Shown: positions 9,317 to 19,144 of the stretch, piece by piece
How positions within the stretch are numbered: position 1 is the first letter of the stretch
Layout: each line of letters starts with the position of its first letter
DNA from: Bdellovibrionales bacterium
GTDB lineage: Bacteria; Bdellovibrionota; Bdellovibrionia; Bdellovibrionales; JAGQZY01
Assembly (NCBI GenBank): GCA_964230645.1
Contig: CAXRHT010000003.1
Span: 256,001-320,000, forward strand
DNA: 64,000 nt
Direction of reading: 5' to 3'
Notes under the pieces: generated by a model
Databases searched by the model: none
Seen by the model: the letters and a program-made list of their open reading frames with translations, nothing else
Told to the model about the DNA's origin: nothing
Program-made: the position numbers and the translations under genes

Positions 9317-10298
9317 AATCGAAAAACTATTAGGTAGCGGAGTAACTAGTCAGGTTTACAAGGCTTTTAGAGAAGATGACAAAGGGTGGTCCCGGCAAGG
9401 GGTCGCTTTAAAAGTTATTCATTCCGAGAATCAAGTCCAAGTTCTTAAAAAAGAGTTTGATTCACTCATTAATATTCATTCAAAACACTGTGTAAAAATG
9501 CTGGCATGGGAAAACTTAGAGCGAGGGCCGGCATTGGTTTTGGAATATATAGATGGCATCACACTTCTTCAGCTCATAAAAAATTCACCAGTAGAGCGGG
9601 AACTCGTAGAAGAAATTATGAGCCAATGCCAATTGGGACTTGAAACCCTCCATGGTGAGGGCGTCTTCCACGGAGATCTCAATCTGAAAAACATCATGAT
9701 TGATTCAAGTGGGATTGTGAAGCTCATCGATTTTGGTTTTCAAGGAAGTGGCGATCAATATTTGACTCCAAAATTTTCCAGTAAAGAGAGACTAGAGGGG
9801 CGCCCTCCCACAAAAGAGAGTGACCTTTATTCCTGGGAGGCTATATATAGGTATCTCTTGGAATACAATTTCCCGACAGATACTAAAGCTTTTTCCACAA
9901 GTCTTTCTCGTGCCTCAAGAAGGCGGAAACTTTCTGAGCTAGTAAAAAAATCGATGACTCAGAAAAAAATGGAGACTTTATGTGTTTCATCTACTCAGGC
10001 AAAATCAAAACAGTGGGGGAGTTGGGTGGCCTCCATTCTTGTCTTCTTCACCCTACTGGTGCAGCCAGCTCTGAGTCAGAACAATCCTCAGTATCATGCT
10101 TTAGAATTACGATCAGCGAAATGGTTTGAAATCACGATAAACGATCTTCCCAGCCAATACGGTCCCATTGAAAAAAAATGGCTAAGGCAAGGGGACTATC
10201 AAATCGTCATTAAAAATAGCAAAGAGACAATACGCGAAAACTTGGCTTTTCCACAGGCTTGGCGGTTGTGGAAAGCAAATAAGAAAAGCCTTTTCTAA
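9282..10298 (+). CDS. Hanks-type Ser/Thr protein kinase with TM helix and small extracytoplasmic domain
   Basis: LGSGVTSQVY, VALK, HGDLNLKN, VKLIDFG, DLYS; hydrophobic segment near residue 255. Confidence 0.85.
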   Translation: MEEIQAKKPIYKIEKLLGSGVTSQVYKAFREDDKGWSRQGVALKVIHSENQVQVLKKEFDSLINIHSKHCVKMLAWENLERGPALVLEYIDGITLLQLIKNSPVERELVEEIMSQCQLGLETLHGEGVFHGDLNLKNIMIDSSGIVKLIDFGFQGSGDQYLTPKFSSKERLEGRPPTKESDLYSWEAIYRYLLEYNFPTDTKAFSTSLSRASRRRKLSELVKKSMTQKKMETLCVSSTQAKSKQWGSWVASILVFFTLLVQPALSQNNPQYHALELRSAKWFEITINDLPSQYGPIEKKWLRQGDYQIVIKNSKETIRENLAFPQAWRLWKANKKSLF

Positions 10299-10400
10299 AA
10301 GAGTTCATTCTTTTGAACAAGAAGACCTTCAATTCTTTGACCCGCATTGAATTGAAAAGCCTTCTTGTTAACAAATATCTTTATGAGATAGGCTCATGTT

Positions 10401-11210
10401 ATGGCCGAAATTATTTCACTTATTCTTTTAGGAATTATTCAAGGGATCACAGAATTTCTTCCTGTCTCAAGCTCAGGACATTTGAGCCTGTTTCAATATT
10501 TTTCAAAAGATCTTGATGAAGATTTGTCTCTCAATATTGCCGTACATGTAGGCACCCTTTTCACAATTATCATTTACTATAGAAAAGACCTCATGGATCT
10601 ATTGATGGGTGTATTAAAGGCAAGAAAAGAAGCTCTCAATATGACTTTCCTTATAGTTGTAGCCTCGGTTCCAACAGCTATTATGGGTCTATTAATGAAA
10701 AAAAAAATAGGCTGGATCCTCACTCACCCCTTGGTCGCGGCTTTGTGTTTACTTGTGACCGCTCTTATTTTATTTGTTTCCAATAGAGTTTCTTCTGAGA
10801 AAAAGCCTCCGGAAGAAGGATTTGGAATCTCGTGGTCTCAAGCTCTTCTCATTGGCCTTGTGCAAGGTTTTGCTGTGTTACCGGGAATCAGTCGGTCTGG
10901 GTCAACGATTGTGACCGGACTTTTCCTTAAAATGGACCCCCATAATGCCGCTCGATTTAGCTTTCTTATTTCATTACCAGCCATTGCTGGAGCGGGGCTG
11001 TTGGAGTTTTTGGATCTTGAGTCAGGGATCAATGGAACCCGCCTTGTTCTAGGGGCGGTGGTTTCCTTTCTTACAGGACTGCTTGCTATTTCTTGGATGG
11101 TTAAGTTGACCTTAGGGGGGCGGCTTAAAGGATTTAGCCTTTATCTCTGCCTCCTTTCTTTGGCCTTTTTGGTCTGCTACACCCTTGGGTGGGGCGAAAA
11201 CATAATATAA
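10401..11210 (+). CDS. uppP: Undecaprenyl-diphosphate phosphatase
   Basis: QGITEFLPVSSSGH and PGISRSGST motifs. Confidence 0.96.
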   Translation: MAEIISLILLGIIQGITEFLPVSSSGHLSLFQYFSKDLDEDLSLNIAVHVGTLFTIIIYYRKDLMDLLMGVLKARKEALNMTFLIVVASVPTAIMGLLMKKKIGWILTHPLVAALCLLVTALILFVSNRVSSEKKPPEEGFGISWSQALLIGLVQGFAVLPGISRSGSTIVTGLFLKMDPHNAARFSFLISLPAIAGAGLLEFLDLESGINGTRLVLGAVVSFLTGLLAISWMVKLTLGGRLKGFSLYLCLLSLAFLVCYTLGWGENII

Positions 11211-11355
11211 GGACAAACTGAGCGCCTCCTTGCTGAATTCCCTGCCACTGACGCCGGTGGCCAAGAGTGAGTCTGTTTGATTGTTTTTGAGCCATTCTCT
11301 ATAAATCACACTCTCATAGTTGGTAATTCTTGAAGTCCTCTAGCCGGAGTTTTGA

Positions 11356-11580
11356 GTGGTGAGTAGTAACGATAAAAGCGAGATGATCAAAGACTTCGAA
11401 ACCCTTGTCGATGAACTGACAAAAGAGGAGCCCAACGAGCACCAAGTGAAGATGTTAATGGAAAAGCTTCAAATGAATTACGACACGGATTCCATTAACA
11501 GAATAGGCAAAGTTTTAAAGAAAATGGACGAAGTTATCTTTGAGTCTAACAAGAAAAGGGGTTCCTATGATTTACAATAA
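11356..11580 (+). CDS. Small hypothetical helical protein
   Basis: 74-aa ORF with GGAG RBS; overlaps the CBS start; natural amphipathic composition. Confidence 0.6.
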   Translation: MVSSNDKSEMIKDFETLVDELTKEEPNEHQVKMLMEKLQMNYDTDSINRIGKVLKKMDEVIFESNKKRGSYDLQ

Positions 11581-12946
11581 TATTCTTGATACGGTGGGAA
11601 ACACTCCCATTGTGGAATTGTCGAAAATAGTTCCAAAAGGATCGCCCCATAAGTTTTGGGCCAAGCTTGAGTATTTCAATCCTGGACTGAGTGTAAAAGA
11701 CCGTATCGCTTTAGCACTTGTGGAAGGAGCTGAGAAGCGTGGTGAAATTAAGCCTGGGGGAACAATCATTGAAGCCACTTCAGGTAACACAGGAATGGGA
11801 CTGGCCCTTGTCTGCGCCGTCAAAGGTTATAAAGCTATTTTCGTGATGCCCGATAAAATCAGTGAAGAAAAAAGAGCCGCTCTGAGAGCCTACGGTGCGA
11901 AGGTTGTAATCACTCCTACGGCTGTTGAACCCGAAGACCCTCGTAGTTATTTGTCGGTGTCAAAAAAATTAGCCGAAATCACTCCCAATTGTTTTTTAAC
12001 AAACCAATATCACAATCCCGATAACCCCAAAGTGCATTACGAGAAAACAGGTCCAGAAGTTTGGGAACAGACAGAAGGCAAAGTCGATGTTTTCGTTGCA
12101 GGGGCTGGAACCGGTGGAACAGTTTCTGGTGTGGGGAAGTATTTAAAAGAAAAGAAACCAGGGGTGAAAATCCTCTGTCCCGATCCTGTTGGAAGTATTT
12201 TGTACGACCTCTTTTATCATAAAGAGGTTAAGTCTGAGCCCCAGCCTTATAAAGTTGAGGGGGTCGGAGAAGACATGCTTCCAGACAACGTACATATGGA
12301 TTGCATTGATGATTTTGTGCAAGTCTCTGACCAGGAGGCCTTCCAGATGACTAGAGATCTTGTGACCAAAGAGGGAATCTGTGTCGGACCATCAGCCGCC
12401 ATGGCTCTTCAGGGAGCTTTCAAGTACGCTGAAAAATTTGATAAGCCGATGAACTTTGTGATCATGATGGCTGACAGTGGAAGAGCGTACCTCAGTAAAG
12501 CTTTTAATGATGATTGGTTGCGTGACAATGATTTCCTTCCCTCACCTATGAAGTTCACGACAGTTCAAGACCTCCTTAAAACAAGGAAAAAAGAGGTTCC
12601 TGTTATTTCCGCTAATGTGGATCAAAACGTTTTAGACGTTGTGAATATGCTAAAAGAAAATAGCATTTCTCAAGTTCCGGTTTTTTCCGATCAAAAATTA
12701 GTGGGTGTTCTTGATGAATCAGATCTTATTTTACCTCTAGCAACAGGTAAGCTAAAACCAACAGAGCCTATCATCCATTTGATCAAAGGTTCTATTGTAT
12801 GGGTGGATATGACCGACGACCTAGAGAGTCTATCAAATCATTTACAGAAAGGATTTGTGGCTCTGGTCAAAGATTCCAAGGAAAACTTGCACATTCTAAC
12901 GAAAATCGATTTGCTCGAGTATATGAGCGAAAATCTAAATATGTAA
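11567..12946 (+). CDS. cbs: Cystathionine beta-synthase-like PLP enzyme with C-terminal CBS domain
   Basis: KLEYFNPGLSVKDR, ATSGNTG, GAGTGGT, YKVEGVG, C-terminal ISQVPV CBS domain. Confidence 0.9.
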   Translation: MIYNNILDTVGNTPIVELSKIVPKGSPHKFWAKLEYFNPGLSVKDRIALALVEGAEKRGEIKPGGTIIEATSGNTGMGLALVCAVKGYKAIFVMPDKISEEKRAALRAYGAKVVITPTAVEPEDPRSYLSVSKKLAEITPNCFLTNQYHNPDNPKVHYEKTGPEVWEQTEGKVDVFVAGAGTGGTVSGVGKYLKEKKPGVKILCPDPVGSILYDLFYHKEVKSEPQPYKVEGVGEDMLPDNVHMDCIDDFVQVSDQEAFQMTRDLVTKEGICVGPSAAMALQGAFKYAEKFDKPMNFVIMMADSGRAYLSKAFNDDWLRDNDFLPSPMKFTTVQDLLKTRKKEVPVISANVDQNVLDVVNMLKENSISQVPVFSDQKLVGVLDESDLILPLATGKLKPTEPIIHLIKGSIVWVDMTDDLESLSNHLQKGFVALVKDSKENLHILTKIDLLEYMSENLNM

Positions 12947-12961
12947 AAAGGACGGATAATT

Positions 12962-14113
12962 ATGGATTATAGCAAAATGGGTTTTGCAACCCGCGCGATT
13001 CACTCAGGACAAGCTCCGGACCCGACCACTGGGGCCATCATGACACCCCTTTATCTTTCCTCAACATTCGTGCAGTCCTCACCGGGAGAGCACAAGGGTT
13101 ATGAGTACTCAAGAACTTCTAATCCTACACGCAAAGCTTATGAGGACTGTCTTGCGAGTTTAGAATCTGGAGAGTTTGGTTTTGGTTTTGCCTCAGGCTG
13201 TGCTGCATCTACAACGATCATGCATCTTCTCAAAGAAGGAGACCATGTTGTCGCCTCCGATGATCTCTATGGAGGGTCTTTCCGTCTTTTTGATAAAGTG
13301 ATTAAAAATAACGGAATTGATTTTTCATTTGTTGATCTTTCTGATCCTAAAAACTTTAGCGAAGCGATCACAGACAAAACGAAAATGATCTGGATTGAAA
13401 CTCCCACAAATCCAATGCTTAAGCTTGTGGATATTAAAAAGTGTGCTGAGATCGCTAAGTCAAAAAACATTACCACTGTTGTTGATAACACTTTCATGAG
13501 TCCTTATTTCCAGAAGCCATTGGAATTAGGAGCCGATATTGTCGTTCACTCGACCACGAAGTTCATTAACGGACACAGTGATATCGTGGGCGGGGCAGTC
13601 GTTGTTAACGATCCAGGGATTGCAGAAAAGCTAGCCTTTCTCAGTAACTCCATGGGGGCAATTTGCTCTCCCTTTGATGCCTTCATGTGTATGAGGAGTC
13701 TGAAAACTTTGCCTGTGAGAATGGAAGCTCACCAAAAGAATGCACTTAAGATAGTGGATCTTTTGGTGAATCACTCAGAGGTTGAAAAGGTGATCTATCC
13801 CGGTCATGAAAGCCATCCTCAACATTCTCTTGCAAAAGAGCAAATGAGTGGTTTTGGCGGCATGATTACTTTCTATTTAAAAGGGGGGCTGCCTGCAGCC
13901 CGTAATATGCTTGAAAAAGTGAAAGTCTTCTCATTGGCGGAGAGCCTTGGGGGAGTTGAGTCATTAATTGAGCATCCCGCCATTATGACCCATGCCAGCG
14001 TTCCTGCGGAAATGCGCAAGGAATTGGGCATTGACGACGGTCTCGTGCGTTTAAGCGTGGGAATTGAAGATATTCAGGATCTTTTAGGCGATTTAGAGCA
14101 AGCTCTCGGTTGA
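12962..14113 (+). CDS. Cystathionine gamma-lyase/gamma-synthase
   Basis: YEYSRTSNPTR, ETPTNP, HSTTKFINGHSD, AESLGGVESL; follows CBS. Confidence 0.93.
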   Translation: MDYSKMGFATRAIHSGQAPDPTTGAIMTPLYLSSTFVQSSPGEHKGYEYSRTSNPTRKAYEDCLASLESGEFGFGFASGCAASTTIMHLLKEGDHVVASDDLYGGSFRLFDKVIKNNGIDFSFVDLSDPKNFSEAITDKTKMIWIETPTNPMLKLVDIKKCAEIAKSKNITTVVDNTFMSPYFQKPLELGADIVVHSTTKFINGHSDIVGGAVVVNDPGIAEKLAFLSNSMGAICSPFDAFMCMRSLKTLPVRMEAHQKNALKIVDLLVNHSEVEKVIYPGHESHPQHSLAKEQMSGFGGMITFYLKGGLPAARNMLEKVKVFSLAESLGGVESLIEHPAIMTHASVPAEMRKELGIDDGLVRLSVGIEDIQDLLGDLEQALG

Positions 14114-14158
14114 CAAAAATCCCTGAATTCAGTAGCTATTGATTTCTTTTTATGAGCT

Positions 14159-14234
<76 letters not shown>

Positions 14235-14278
14235 TTTTAATTCAAGGTGTGTTCACACCTCAATCTGGGGGGATTGAT

Positions 14279-14584
14279 ATGAAAAAAATAATTTTCGCTA
14301 TAATTGCATCATCTCTTTTTTCTTTTTCTGCGCAAGCGGCTGATGTTGTATGTTCCTGTACCCAAGAAGAGAAATGCTCTGATGTGACCATCAGTATTTT
14401 AGAAATGAGCCCTGGTGTTTATTTAGACATCGAGTACGCGTGGGGCGAGCGAAACATTGAAGGTTTCGCAACGGTTATCAACAACTCGAAAACGGCCGAG
14501 ACAATTTATCGTCTGGGTAATTTCACTCTTGTTGAAAAAGATGACAAGTTCACACTTCCGGGTCGTCCCGCTAAGTGTAGCTAA
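14279..14584 (+). CDS. Small secreted hypothetical protein
   Basis: MKKIIFAIIA..SAQA signal peptide, 4 Cys, GGGGG RBS. Confidence 0.75.
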   Translation: MKKIIFAIIASSLFSFSAQAADVVCSCTQEEKCSDVTISILEMSPGVYLDIEYAWGERNIEGFATVINNSKTAETIYRLGNFTLVEKDDKFTLPGRPAKCS

Positions 14585-14606
14585 TTTTTTTTCCGCATTT
14601 AAATAG

Positions 14607-14640
14607 AAAAAGCCGATGTTCTCTCATCGGCTTTTTTTTT
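14607..14640. terminator. Bidirectional intrinsic terminator
   Basis: AAAAAGCCGATG-ttctct-CATCGGCTTTTTTTTT between convergent genes. Confidence 0.85.
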
Positions 14641-14685
14641 GAATAGTATTGTAGTTTCCAGTGCCTTTAATTTTTCATAAAAGTT

Positions 14686-15501
14686 TTACTGTGCTGCTAG
14701 AATTTGAGGGTCGCTAAAAACTTGATTGGCCACCCACTCATAGACATAGCTGGCGTCTCCATAGACTCCTGAAAGATTTTCGCCAGCACAACCTAGCCCC
14801 CAACTAACCACTCCAAGAAGTACAGGGCGCCCTCTGGCCTCGTCTTGATAGTAAATAGGGCCACCACTGTCTCCCTGACAAGCATCCATCTCACCTTGTT
14901 CGTAGCCCGCACAGAACATGGAATCATCAAGGTAGCCTTCTTCCTCCGGGCGAGCCGCTTGCAATTGATCTTCACAATAATCCTGGTCCACAAGCGGCAC
15001 ATTCACTTTTTGTAGAAGGTGATAGGTGGGGGAGCCTTCAAAGAGCGATCCCCAACCGGCCACTGTGAAGGACTCAGTGAGAACATCGCCAATAGGAATT
15101 TGGTTGATTTGAATGGGTTCGAAGTTAGAGTGTCCCGCAATTCTCACTAGGGCAAAATCATGGCTAAATCTTCTTTCCAACTCGTAGTCGGGATGGATGA
15201 CAACTTCCGCGATTTCAAACCTCTCGGCTCGGTCGGAGTCTTGTAGGTTTTCCGCTCCGATCATGACTGAATCAGGCTGCCCGAAAGGACTAAAGCAATG
15301 AGCCGCTGTAAGAATCCACTCGTCAGTCACAAGAGAGCCCCCGCAATGCTGCTGGCCTCTTCGCTGCAGTGAAACGATAAAGCTCATATCCTTGTGGAGG
15401 GCGTCTTCACCCCCGACAACTCGGATGGATATATCCTCGGCTTGTAAAGTTTGAAAGAAAAAGAATATTAATAATAGTGCCAAACCCCTGGCTCCCCTCA
15501 T
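14686..15501 (-). CDS. Secreted trypsin-family (S1A) serine protease
   Basis: Signal peptide, RVVGG activation site, LTAAHC, DFAL, DACQGDSGGP, VSWGLGC. Confidence 0.95.
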   Translation of the reverse strand: MRGARGLALLLIFFFFQTLQAEDISIRVVGGEDALHKDMSFIVSLQRRGQQHCGGSLVTDEWILTAAHCFSPFGQPDSVMIGAENLQDSDRAERFEIAEVVIHPDYELERRFSHDFALVRIAGHSNFEPIQINQIPIGDVLTESFTVAGWGSLFEGSPTYHLLQKVNVPLVDQDYCEDQLQAARPEEEGYLDDSMFCAGYEQGEMDACQGDSGGPIYYQDEARGRPVLLGVVSWGLGCAGENLSGVYGDASYVYEWVANQVFSDPQILAAQ

Positions 15502-15732
15502 TTCGACCTCCTTGGCGAAAACAGGTGAAAATCATTTCTTAAAATCAGGGGAGCTGACAATTCGAAAAATTTTATTGTAGGTATAAAAAAATATTAGATT
15601 TTAGGAAAACCCAGTGATCAAAGTTCTTTAGGAATATCGGAACGAAGTCAGATCCTTACAGTCAGACTCAAATTGGAGCTCGGCGGAGTCACGTCGGCTT
15701 CAAGACAGCTCCCTCCTGCGTTTTAAGGCTAT

Positions 15733-16704
15733 CTATAATTTATCGATATGGCTCATAAAAATATAAAACGCCACAACCAGAACCAGAGCAAAAAGAGTCA
15801 CAAGATAGGTAGAGAGGCTGAACATCAGACAAAGGCTTGTTTTTACAACACGGTAATGACCTTTGGAGAAAACCTGGAAATATGAGTAGAGTAAATAAAA
15901 GAGGGCTGCAACCGATGAAGTCACAGCTGTTGTTGTCACCATTTGAGGAAGGAGCCAGTACAGGGGTGAGAAAACAATATAGATCAATAAGATATGGGCA
16001 TAGATATAGGCATTGATCGTGATGTGTTCGGCAAAGTTGTAGCCCTGGTTGTAAAAAAAGAGAAAACTAAAAAAAGCAAAGATGGGTATCCATAAAACGA
16101 CAAAAACTTTCAGATAATCGAAAAGAGTGCGGTGGTAGCGAGGGATGAGGTATTTTGCATACTGGATCATGTCGGATTTGGAGACTTTTTTATCCACCTT
16201 TGTATTAAGAAAATCGAATTTGAAGTGCATGTCTTTTTTCTCACCCGCACCGATGATGGCATCCGGATTTTCTTTGGCAATTTTTTCTGCGTTGGACTTT
16301 GTGGTGTAATGGAATTTGTCTTCCTTTTCTTGCACCACTTCAAAAGACTCAATCCCTCGGGTCATATTTTCAAACCAACTAAAATGATACTCCAAATAGG
16401 AGGCACAGACTGTGAAGACCACGATTAAAAAGAAACTGTATTTTCCTGCAGATAGGTAGCGTCTTCTTTTGCCAGAGATATAATTTTTCAGCATGACTCT
16501 AGGGTCTTGGCTCAAGTCGATCACAGTCTTCAGAAAACCTCTATCAGAATCAGAGATGGCGTCCAAAAAATCTTTGGTCACTGAAACAACGGTGAGCCTT
16601 TTTGTTTCACTTTTCTGCCCGCACTGAGGACAGTAGTGACCCGAAAAAGAGGTGTCGCAGTTAAGACAGTTAATCACTGGATTCACAAAGGGTCCTTTCG
16701 TCAA
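15733..16704 (-). CDS. DUF3667-like zinc-ribbon membrane protein
   Basis: CLNC..GHYCPQCGQK, YISGKRRRYLS motif, several TM helices. Confidence 0.8.
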   Translation of the reverse strand: MTKGPFVNPVINCLNCDTSFSGHYCPQCGQKSETKRLTVVSVTKDFLDAISDSDRGFLKTVIDLSQDPRVMLKNYISGKRRRYLSAGKYSFFLIVVFTVCASYLEYHFSWFENMTRGIESFEVVQEKEDKFHYTTKSNAEKIAKENPDAIIGAGEKKDMHFKFDFLNTKVDKKVSKSDMIQYAKYLIPRYHRTLFDYLKVFVVLWIPIFAFFSFLFFYNQGYNFAEHITINAYIYAHILLIYIVFSPLYWLLPQMVTTTAVTSSVAALFYLLYSYFQVFSKGHYRVVKTSLCLMFSLSTYLVTLFALVLVVAFYIFMSHIDKL

Positions 16705-16847
16705 TTCTCAGGGCTTACCCTGAAATTGGAGGGTCTGGCAGATTGGTTGAAAGAATTTCAGGACTCAAACACGAATCGGCCCGACAAAATGAACAAGTTG
16801 GAGATGAAGGGCTTTTCTTTCCTGTGATGCTGCGTTATATCGCTATC

Positions 16848-17870
16848 ATGACTGAAGAGCAGCTCTTACTCGAACTCAAGCAGAACCCCTTTTTGTTAGC
16901 TCCAATGGCGGGAATCACCGATCAAGTTTTCAGGTCTTTTATGCGCAAGCAAGGGGCTGGAATTCTCACATCTGAACTTATTTCCGCAAACGGCCTGAAG
17001 TACAACAGTGAGAAAACCAAAAAATTAATGAGTTTTGCAGAAGATGAGCGCCCCGTTGGAATCCAAATCTTTGGCGAAGATGAGCCCGCTCTTGTCTATG
17101 CGGCCGAGTATGTTGAGCAGTTGGGCGCCGATTTTGTGGATATCAATTTAGGCTGCCCTGTTAAAAAAGTAGTGAAAAAAGGCGCGGGTTCGGCTCTTTT
17201 AAAAGAACCCGATAAACTTCGCTCCATTTGTCGAAGTATCAAAAGTAAGATAAAAATTCCCTTAACCATAAAAATTCGGACCGGATGGGATCAGCAAAAT
17301 CGAAATGCATTGGATATTGTTCAGCTGGCCTACGATGAAGGTGTCACTTGGGTGGCCATTCATGGGCGTACTCGTTCACAGGCCTACACTGGTAAAGCCG
17401 ATTGGGATTATATTGCCGGGGTCAAAGCCAACAGTCCTCTTCCTATAATTGGGAATGGCGATGTGACCTCCGCTGAAATTGCGGTAGGACGCCTAAAGCA
17501 AACCGGTTGTGACGGAATAATGATCGGAAGAGGCGCCTTGAAAAATCCCTGGATTTTCCAACAGAGTTTGAAGCTCTGGAAAGACTACGACTTCAAGCCC
17601 CTCTCTTATGAATACCTTCCACTGTTCGAGCACCTAAAAGATTCGGCTGTGGGACAAATGGATGACCGTGTCTTGTGTTTGATTTTGCGCAAGCTTGCCA
17701 ACTGGTATTCCTCAGGGCTTCCCGGTTCTGGCGAGTTCCGTAGACAAGTCTTCTCTGCTCGTGGTTTAGATCAAACTTACGCGGTGATTGAAGAGTACTA
17801 TACAAATCTTCAACCAGAACAGCGCCTTGATACCAGTCACGAAAAATTCCTGATGGGCGGCCACGGCTAA
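16848..17870 (+). CDS. dusB: tRNA-dihydrouridine synthase DusB family
   Basis: LAPMAGITD, DINLGCP, TIKIRTG, IHGRT, NGDV, MIGRG. Confidence 0.93.
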   Translation: MTEEQLLLELKQNPFLLAPMAGITDQVFRSFMRKQGAGILTSELISANGLKYNSEKTKKLMSFAEDERPVGIQIFGEDEPALVYAAEYVEQLGADFVDINLGCPVKKVVKKGAGSALLKEPDKLRSICRSIKSKIKIPLTIKIRTGWDQQNRNALDIVQLAYDEGVTWVAIHGRTRSQAYTGKADWDYIAGVKANSPLPIIGNGDVTSAEIAVGRLKQTGCDGIMIGRGALKNPWIFQQSLKLWKDYDFKPLSYEYLPLFEHLKDSAVGQMDDRVLCLILRKLANWYSSGLPGSGEFRRQVFSARGLDQTYAVIEEYYTNLQPEQRLDTSHEKFLMGGHG

Positions 17871-17946
17871 ATTTTTTAGTTCACTTACCTATTTGTATTA
17901 AAAGATATTAGTGTCCGGTGGATTTTCCCACACTGACTTAAAACTT

Positions 17947-18030
17947 GTCGTCTTGAACGGAAACATGTCGTCTTGAGCGAAGCGAAAGACCTAAGATCCT
18001 TCGCTTCGCTCAGGATGACAATGGGCAATC
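17947..18030 (+). repeat. REP-like palindromic element, copy 1 (core 17967-18019 plus one 20-nt arm duplication)
   Basis: GTCGTCTTGAGCGAAGCGAAAGACCT-A-AGATCCTTCGCTTCGCTCAGGATGAC; near-identical cores at 34310 and 53595. Confidence 0.9.
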
Positions 18031-18058
18031 CACCGAGCAGTAGTAATTAAAAGGCCCC

Positions 18059-19144
18059 TTATTTTTCTGGGTATTCAAAGGGAGTTCCCTCGTCTTGATT
18101 TTCATTGCTGTCTTCCTCGGGAGTGGGCTTCCGACTCTCTTCACTTGCGGTGGACTCTTCATCTTTTGGTTGAATGGATTGAGCTTCTTCTTTGAGCTCC
18201 TCTTCTATGACCGAAGACTCCTCGTCTTTCGACTCTAACTTTTCCGCTCCACCTTCGTTATTGTCGCTTTCACTTTCTTTGAGGCTTGAGGTCTGGGCTT
18301 CATCCAATTCTTGATTTGAAAATTCAAGATTTTGGGATTCCTCAGGAGGAGGTGTCATGGGTGTCGGCGCCAGATCATACTGATAAAATGGCCAATCAAA
18401 CTCATTGATAAGTTTATTGAGATAGCTAAATTGTTCACTATCTATCTTGTTGGTGCGATTCATGCGCTTAAGAATAATTTCCATACGCCAAATATTATTA
18501 GAGCTTAATTTCTTGGAATTAAAACTTCGGCCAAGACGTCTAGGACTTGGAAGAAGGGAAACCAGATAGACGCTTTCTAAAAGATTCAGATTTGCGGGCG
18601 ATTTACCAAAATAGTGATTGGCTGCTTTTTTTAAACCGTAGATATTCTTTCCAAATTCGACGACGTTAATATATTTTTCAAGTATTTGTGCTTTTGAGAG
18701 TTTTTCCTCAATCTGCTTAGCGATAAAAAATTCTTTGAATTTTCTTGAGAGACTTTTACTAGGGGTTAAATAGAGGTTTTTAGCTAACTGCTGGGTTAGG
18801 GTTGACCCGCCCCTAGCATATTTCCATTCCATGATATTACGTCGAAAGCTTTCTTTGATTTCAAACCAGTCAAAACCCTCGTGAGACCAAAAAGATGCGT
18901 CTTCTGACAAAACCAAAGCTTGGAAAAAATGTTTGGGGACCTGGGAGTAGCTGACATACTGAGAGGAACCAGGACAGAGGTAAACTTCAAACATTTTTGT
19001 TGTGAAGCATTTTTTAGGATCCTCAATACTCTGAGTCTGCCAGTATACAAGCCCACCATAGCTTATCACTAAGAATACAGTCGCCAGCACGACGAGTGTG
19101 AAACGCACTATGAATTTTTTAAAAGTCCATTTTCTTTGATCCAT
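18059..19144 (-). CDS. mtgA: Monofunctional peptidoglycan transglycosylase with long acidic C-terminal tail
   Basis: SEDASFWSHEG, GGSTLTQQLAKNLY, RKFKE, LEKYIN GT51 motifs; no transpeptidase domain. Confidence 0.85.
   Translation of the reverse strand: MDQRKWTFKKFIVRFTLVVLATVFLVISYGGLVYWQTQSIEDPKKCFTTKMFEVYLCPGSSQYVSYSQVPKHFFQALVLSEDASFWSHEGFDWFEIKESFRRNIMEWKYARGGSTLTQQLAKNLYLTPSKSLSRKFKEFFIAKQIEEKLSKAQILEKYINVVEFGKNIYGLKKAANHYFGKSPANLNLLESVYLVSLLPSPRRLGRSFNSKKLSSNNIWRMEIILKRMNRTNKIDSEQFSYLNKLINEFDWPFYQYDLAPTPMTPPPEESQNLEFSNQELDEAQTSSLKESESDNNEGGAEKLESKDEESSVIEEELKEEAQSIQPKDEESTASEESRKPTPEEDSNENQDEGTPFEYPEK

Noticed and set aside
11221..11290. Cobalamin riboswitch (GCCACTG seen)
   Set aside because: Only the heptamer matches; no B12-box or other conserved elements and no B12-related gene
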